Positions 60,168-64,000 of a stretch of DNA of 64,000 nt are shown piece by piece. Below the pieces are notes generated by a model. The model was not told the origin of the DNA and ran no database searches. It was given only the letters and a program-made list of their open reading frames with translations. A program made the translations under genes and the position numbers. The DNA comes from Alphaproteobacteria bacterium. GTDB taxonomy: Bacteria > Pseudomonadota > Alphaproteobacteria > UBA828. Each line of letters begins with the position of its first letter. The first letter of the stretch is position 1. Location of the stretch: positions 416,001-480,000 of the forward strand of contig CBDCRW010000006.1 in NCBI GenBank assembly GCA_965221125.1, given 5' to 3'.

Positions 60168-61844
60168 ATGCATGATCTCGTGATTCGCGGCGCGATGATG
60201 GCCGACGGCGTCGGCAACCCACTCATTCGCGCCGATGTCGCGGTGAGCGACGAGCGCATCGTCGAAGTCGGCGACGTGACGGAGAGCGCGCGGCAGACCG
60301 TGGACGCCGGCGGCCTCGTGCTGGCGCCCGGCATCGTCGACGTGCACACTCACTACGACGCGCAGCTCACCTGGGACAGCCAGGCGACGCCTTCTCCGTC
60401 GCTCGGCGTGACCACGGTGGTCATGGGCAACTGCGGCTTCTCCATCGCGCCATGCCCGCCGGAGCGGCGCGAGCAGATGGCCCGCAACCTGGCCGAGGTC
60501 GAGGGCATGCCCGTCGCAGCGCTCGAGGCCGGGATCGACTGGAGCTTCGAGAGCTTCCCCGAGTATCTCGCGCTGCTGAGGCGCAAGGGGTGCTATCCCA
60601 ACGCGGGTGTCTTCGTCGGCCACTCGGCGGTGCGCACCACGGTGCTGGGCGCCGAAGCCTCGGATCGGGCGGCGAGCGAGGACGAGGTCGCCACCATGCG
60701 GGGCATGGTGAAGGAGGCGCTGGAGGCGGGCGCCATCGGCTTCGCCACGTCCACCTCGATCAACCACTACGGCGACGGCGGCGTACCGATGCCGTCGCGG
60801 CTCGCGGACGACGACGAGATGAGCGCGCTGGTGGGCGTGCTGGGCGAGTTGGGCCGCGGCATCTTCCAGCTCACTGTCGGCCCCGGCATGACCAACGAGA
60901 GGATGGAGGGTCTGGCTGCGGAGACCGGCCGGCCCGTGTTCATGACGGCGGCGCTCCACAACGAGACCTTCCCCGAGCGCGCCATCGGCATGCTGGAAGG
61001 CGCGGCGGCTGCGCAGAGCCGGGGCAACGCGCTCTGGGCGCAGGTCTCGTGCCAGCCGCTCAGCATGGATTTCTCCATGCGGACCGCCTTCCCGCTCCAG
61101 AGCCTCGATGCCTGGGAGCCGCTGCACACGGCGTCCGACGAGGAGTTCCTCGCGATCATCGCGAGCGCGGACTTCCGCAACCGCTTCCGCGACGAACTGG
61201 AGAAGCCGCAGAGCGGCAAGATCTTTTATGGCGACTGGCGCAGGGTCGAGGTGGCGATGGCGACGACGCCGGCGCACCGGGCGCTCGAAGGCGAGACCAT
61301 CGAGACCATCGCCGGCCGTGAGGGGCGCGACCCGGTGGACGTGATGTTCGACCTCGCCGTGGACGAGCGGCTTGGCACCACCTTCAACGCCGCCCTGCTG
61401 AACGCGGACGAGGCGGCGGTGGAAGACCTGCTGCGCCACGACGCGGGCCTCATCAGCCTCTCCGACGCCGGCGCCCACCTCTGCTACCTCTGCGACGCCG
61501 GCTACGGCCTGCACCTGCTCGGCCACTGGGTGCGCGACAAGGGCGTGTTCGGCCTGGAGGACGGCATCCGCCGCGTCACCAGCCTGCCGGCGCGGCTCTA
61601 CGGCATCCCCGACCGGGGCGAGATCGCGCCCGGCAAGTTCGCGGACCTGCTGCTCTTCGATCCGGCGACGGTGGGGCGCGGCGCGATCCGCAGGGTCGAC
61701 GATCTGCCCGGCGGCGAGAGCCGCCTGGTGCGCGACGCGAGCGGCGTGCACGGCGTCTGGGTCAACGGCACCGCAGTCTACGACGCAGGCGGCTACCGCG
61801 ACGTGGCCCCGCCCGGCCACGTGCTCGACCGCTATCTGAGTTAG
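60168..61844 (+). CDS. Amidohydrolase (N-acyl-D-amino acid deacylase-like)
   Basis: APGIVDVHTHYD, GVTTVVMGNCG, SDAGAH, DRG.I..G..ADL. Confidence 0.88.
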   Translation: MHDLVIRGAMMADGVGNPLIRADVAVSDERIVEVGDVTESARQTVDAGGLVLAPGIVDVHTHYDAQLTWDSQATPSPSLGVTTVVMGNCGFSIAPCPPERREQMARNLAEVEGMPVAALEAGIDWSFESFPEYLALLRRKGCYPNAGVFVGHSAVRTTVLGAEASDRAASEDEVATMRGMVKEALEAGAIGFATSTSINHYGDGGVPMPSRLADDDEMSALVGVLGELGRGIFQLTVGPGMTNERMEGLAAETGRPVFMTAALHNETFPERAIGMLEGAAAAQSRGNALWAQVSCQPLSMDFSMRTAFPLQSLDAWEPLHTASDEEFLAIIASADFRNRFRDELEKPQSGKIFYGDWRRVEVAMATTPAHRALEGETIETIAGREGRDPVDVMFDLAVDERLGTTFNAALLNADEAAVEDLLRHDAGLISLSDAGAHLCYLCDAGYGLHLLGHWVRDKGVFGLEDGIRRVTSLPARLYGIPDRGEIAPGKFADLLLFDPATVGRGAIRRVDDLPGGESRLVRDASGVHGVWVNGTAVYDAGGYRDVAPPGHVLDRYLS

Positions 61845-61884
61845 GCCAGGCGGGACGCACGCGCCGCAGCCGCGCGGAAGGCGG

Positions 61885-62850
61885 CTACTGATCGGCGCCG
61901 GCCTGCGGGACCACAGGCGTGGGCGTCGCGTCGCTCATGAACGGACGCTCGGGCCGGGGCGCGATGCGACGCTCGGGCTCGCCGCCCTCCGATACCGTCA
62001 CGCGCACGTCGAGCCGGGATTCTCCGCCGCCGAACACCGCGCCCCGCGTCGGCGCCGCATCGGCGTAGTCGCGGCCCACGGCGACGCGGACGTGGCGGTG
62101 GTCGGCGAGGGTGTCGTTGGTGGGATCGATGCCGAGCCAGCCGAGGTCGGGCAGGAGGAACTCGGCCCAGGCGTGGCTCGCGCCTTCGGGCGTCTGCTCG
62201 CCGGGCGCGCCTTCGCGGTGGATGTAGCCCGAGACGTAGCGGCTGGGCACGCCCCATCCGCGCGCAATGGCGATCATCACGTGGGTGTAGTCCTGGCAGA
62301 CGCCGCTGCCGGTCTCCAGGATGTGCTCGATCGGCGAGTCCACAGCGGTGCTGCCAGGCTCGTAGCTGAAGGCCGTGTGCAGGCGGTGGCTCAACTCCAG
62401 CAGCGAGGAGAGGGGATCGTCGCCGCGCCGGAGGCCGTTGGATTCGGTGAAGGCGGCGAGCGCAGGGCTCGGGCAGGCGAAGCGGCTGGGCGCCAGGAAC
62501 TCAAAGTGATCGAGCGGCGCGGCGATCTCCGCCAGCGCGTCCCAGGCGTCCTTCTCCATGCGATCCGGCAGATCGGGCGCGGGCGCGGTCTCCACCTCCG
62601 CCTGCGAGCGCACGGCGGTGTGCTCGTGCGCGCGGTGGACGTTGAACAGGTGGCAGGCGTTACCGAAGGCGTCCCTGAACGCGACGGGAAAAGCGGCGGG
62701 ATCGATTTCGAGCGCGAACGAGGCGACCCGCTGCCCGCCGTCCTCGCGCGGCTGCAGGCGCAGCACCATCAGGCTGCCCAGCGCCGGCTCCTGGTAGCGG
62801 AAATCCGACAGGTGCTCGACCAGGAAGCGCCGCGGCGTGTCTCCGCTCAC
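61885..62850 (-). CDS. Transglutaminase-like protein
   Basis: GVCQDYTH (Cys), RYVSGY, SHAWAE (His), DPTN (Asp), GRDYAD. Confidence 0.9.
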   Translation of the reverse strand: MSGDTPRRFLVEHLSDFRYQEPALGSLMVLRLQPREDGGQRVASFALEIDPAAFPVAFRDAFGNACHLFNVHRAHEHTAVRSQAEVETAPAPDLPDRMEKDAWDALAEIAAPLDHFEFLAPSRFACPSPALAAFTESNGLRRGDDPLSSLLELSHRLHTAFSYEPGSTAVDSPIEHILETGSGVCQDYTHVMIAIARGWGVPSRYVSGYIHREGAPGEQTPEGASHAWAEFLLPDLGWLGIDPTNDTLADHRHVRVAVGRDYADAAPTRGAVFGGGESRLDVRVTVSEGGEPERRIAPRPERPFMSDATPTPVVPQAGADQ

Positions 62851-63821
62851 GGCGCGTCCTCGATCTCGTAGTTGAAGTAGGCGCCCGCGATGTCCTCGTG
62901 CAGATGGCGGCACGAGGCGCCGATGGCCTGCAGCGCCGCGCGGGTGGCGTCGTCGTCGTCCGGGTCGCGGTCCGGCCAGTCGTGGTCGATGCCAGCGGCC
63001 ATCCGGCCCGCGCGGCGTTCCGCTTCGGTGCGCAGCGGCGGGCCGGCGGCGACGGCGCCGAGAGCATCGACGATGCGCCCCAGCGCATGGCGGATCGAAT
63101 GCGACAGCGAAGGGTCGGCGACCAGGAAGTCGACCATGCTGGTGGGGCGAAGGCCCTGCGAGTAGAGGCGGCGGTAGGCGAAGTGCGCCTCGCAGATCCA
63201 GAGCAGGGAGAGCCAGTCCGCGTCGCTGTCGGGGGCGGCGGTCGGAAACAGCGCGATGTGCGCGTCGATCAGCGCGGATACGGACTGCACGCGCTCGACG
63301 AAGCGGCCGAGCTGGAGGAAGTGCCAGCCGTCGTCGCGGTAGATTGTGCCTTCGGCCACGCCCGAGACGGTGCGCAGCGCGCCCTCGGTGCGGTCGTAGA
63401 AGCTGCCCGGCTGCCGGTTCCAGATGGTCTCCATCTCGACGTCGCGCAGGTCGAAGTAGGCGAGGTTGAGGGAGGACCACATCTTGTCGGGGATGATGTT
63501 GCGGACCTGCCGGGCGCTCTCGCGCGCCGCGGCGACGCAGTTGCGGATGGCGTCGGGGTTGGTCGGCTCGAAGGTCAGGTCGTCGGCCAGCGTGTAGGCG
63601 TCGGCCAGCATGAAGTCTTCGTCCTCGGGCGGCGGATCCAGGTGGCCGCCCAGCGGGGTGCGGCCCACCGCGGCAAAGAGGCGCCGCCAGCCCTGGTCGA
63701 TCTGCTCGACCGGGCGGTCCTCGATGATGACGAACTGCTCCGCCAGCAGGTGGCAGCCGTGCTGGGCGCGTTCGAGATAGCGGGCCATCCAGTAGAGGCC
63801 TTCGGCGTTGCGCGACAGCAT
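62847..63821 (-). CDS. Alpha-E domain protein
   Basis: MLSR.AE.LYWMARYLERA and LGRFVER repeated ER motifs. Confidence 0.88.
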   Translation of the reverse strand: MLSRNAEGLYWMARYLERAQHGCHLLAEQFVIIEDRPVEQIDQGWRRLFAAVGRTPLGGHLDPPPEDEDFMLADAYTLADDLTFEPTNPDAIRNCVAAARESARQVRNIIPDKMWSSLNLAYFDLRDVEMETIWNRQPGSFYDRTEGALRTVSGVAEGTIYRDDGWHFLQLGRFVERVQSVSALIDAHIALFPTAAPDSDADWLSLLWICEAHFAYRRLYSQGLRPTSMVDFLVADPSLSHSIRHALGRIVDALGAVAAGPPLRTEAERRAGRMAAGIDHDWPDRDPDDDDATRAALQAIGASCRHLHEDIAGAYFNYEIEDAP

Positions 63822-63825
63822 GGCC

Positions 63826-64000
63826 CTAGTCGGAGAGCACCCAGAGGTCCTTGCCGCCGCCGCCCTGGCTCGAGTTGACCACGAGCGAGCCCTCGACGAG
63901 GGCGACGCGGCAGAAGGCGCCGGGGACGAGGCGGGTCTCGTTCCCGCGCAGCAGGAAGGGGCGGAGGTCGACGTGGCGGGGTGCCGCGCCCGTGTCCGTC
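63826..64000 (-). CDS. Circularly permuted ATP-grasp type 2 protein (3' end only)
   Basis: Reverse strand reads PRHVDLRPF...[25 protein letters not shown]. Confidence 0.85.
   Translation of the reverse strand, partial: TDTGAAPRHVDLRPFLLRGNETRLVPGAFCRVALVEGSLVVNSSQGGGGKDLWVLSD

Overview
64 kb of a very GC-rich alphaproteobacterial chromosome. The assignment rests on lpxI instead of lpxH, a PopZ-like gene, olsBA, coq7-dsbB and the trpS-usp-nfu-tsaB-rimI-fur order. Most of the window is housekeeping: proC, gpt, the rseP-bamA-skp-lpxD-fabZ-lpxA-lpxI-lpxB operon, glnD, murJ, trpS, valS, ilvD and metC. The standout is a complete 4,621-bp transposon (6695-11315) with TGTTGTTT/AAACAACA ends and a 5-bp CCATC target duplication. 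It encodes a Cys/His-rich protein, a Mu/Tn552-like DDE transposase, an ExeA/TnsC-like AAA+ ATPase and, unusually, a translationally coupled RecA-fold (AAA_25/RepA-like) ATPase with a C-terminal HTH. Its non-coding parts carry ssDNA-type hairpins, suggesting (inference) a transposon with its own replication or targeting module. Other notable items: a phased 10-bp repeat array, three copies of a covarying multi-hairpin intergenic repeat whose ends supply stop codons, a secreted redoxin-heme c-copper monooxygenase fusion behind a TetR gene and operator-like palindrome, two convergent fold-IV ((R)-selective-like) transaminases, a three-subunit nitrile hydratase-like cluster with a metallo-amidohydrolase, and an ATP-grasp/alpha-E/transglutaminase operon. 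No rRNA, tRNA or CRISPR array was recognised. All calls come from motif reading only; no database searches were run.
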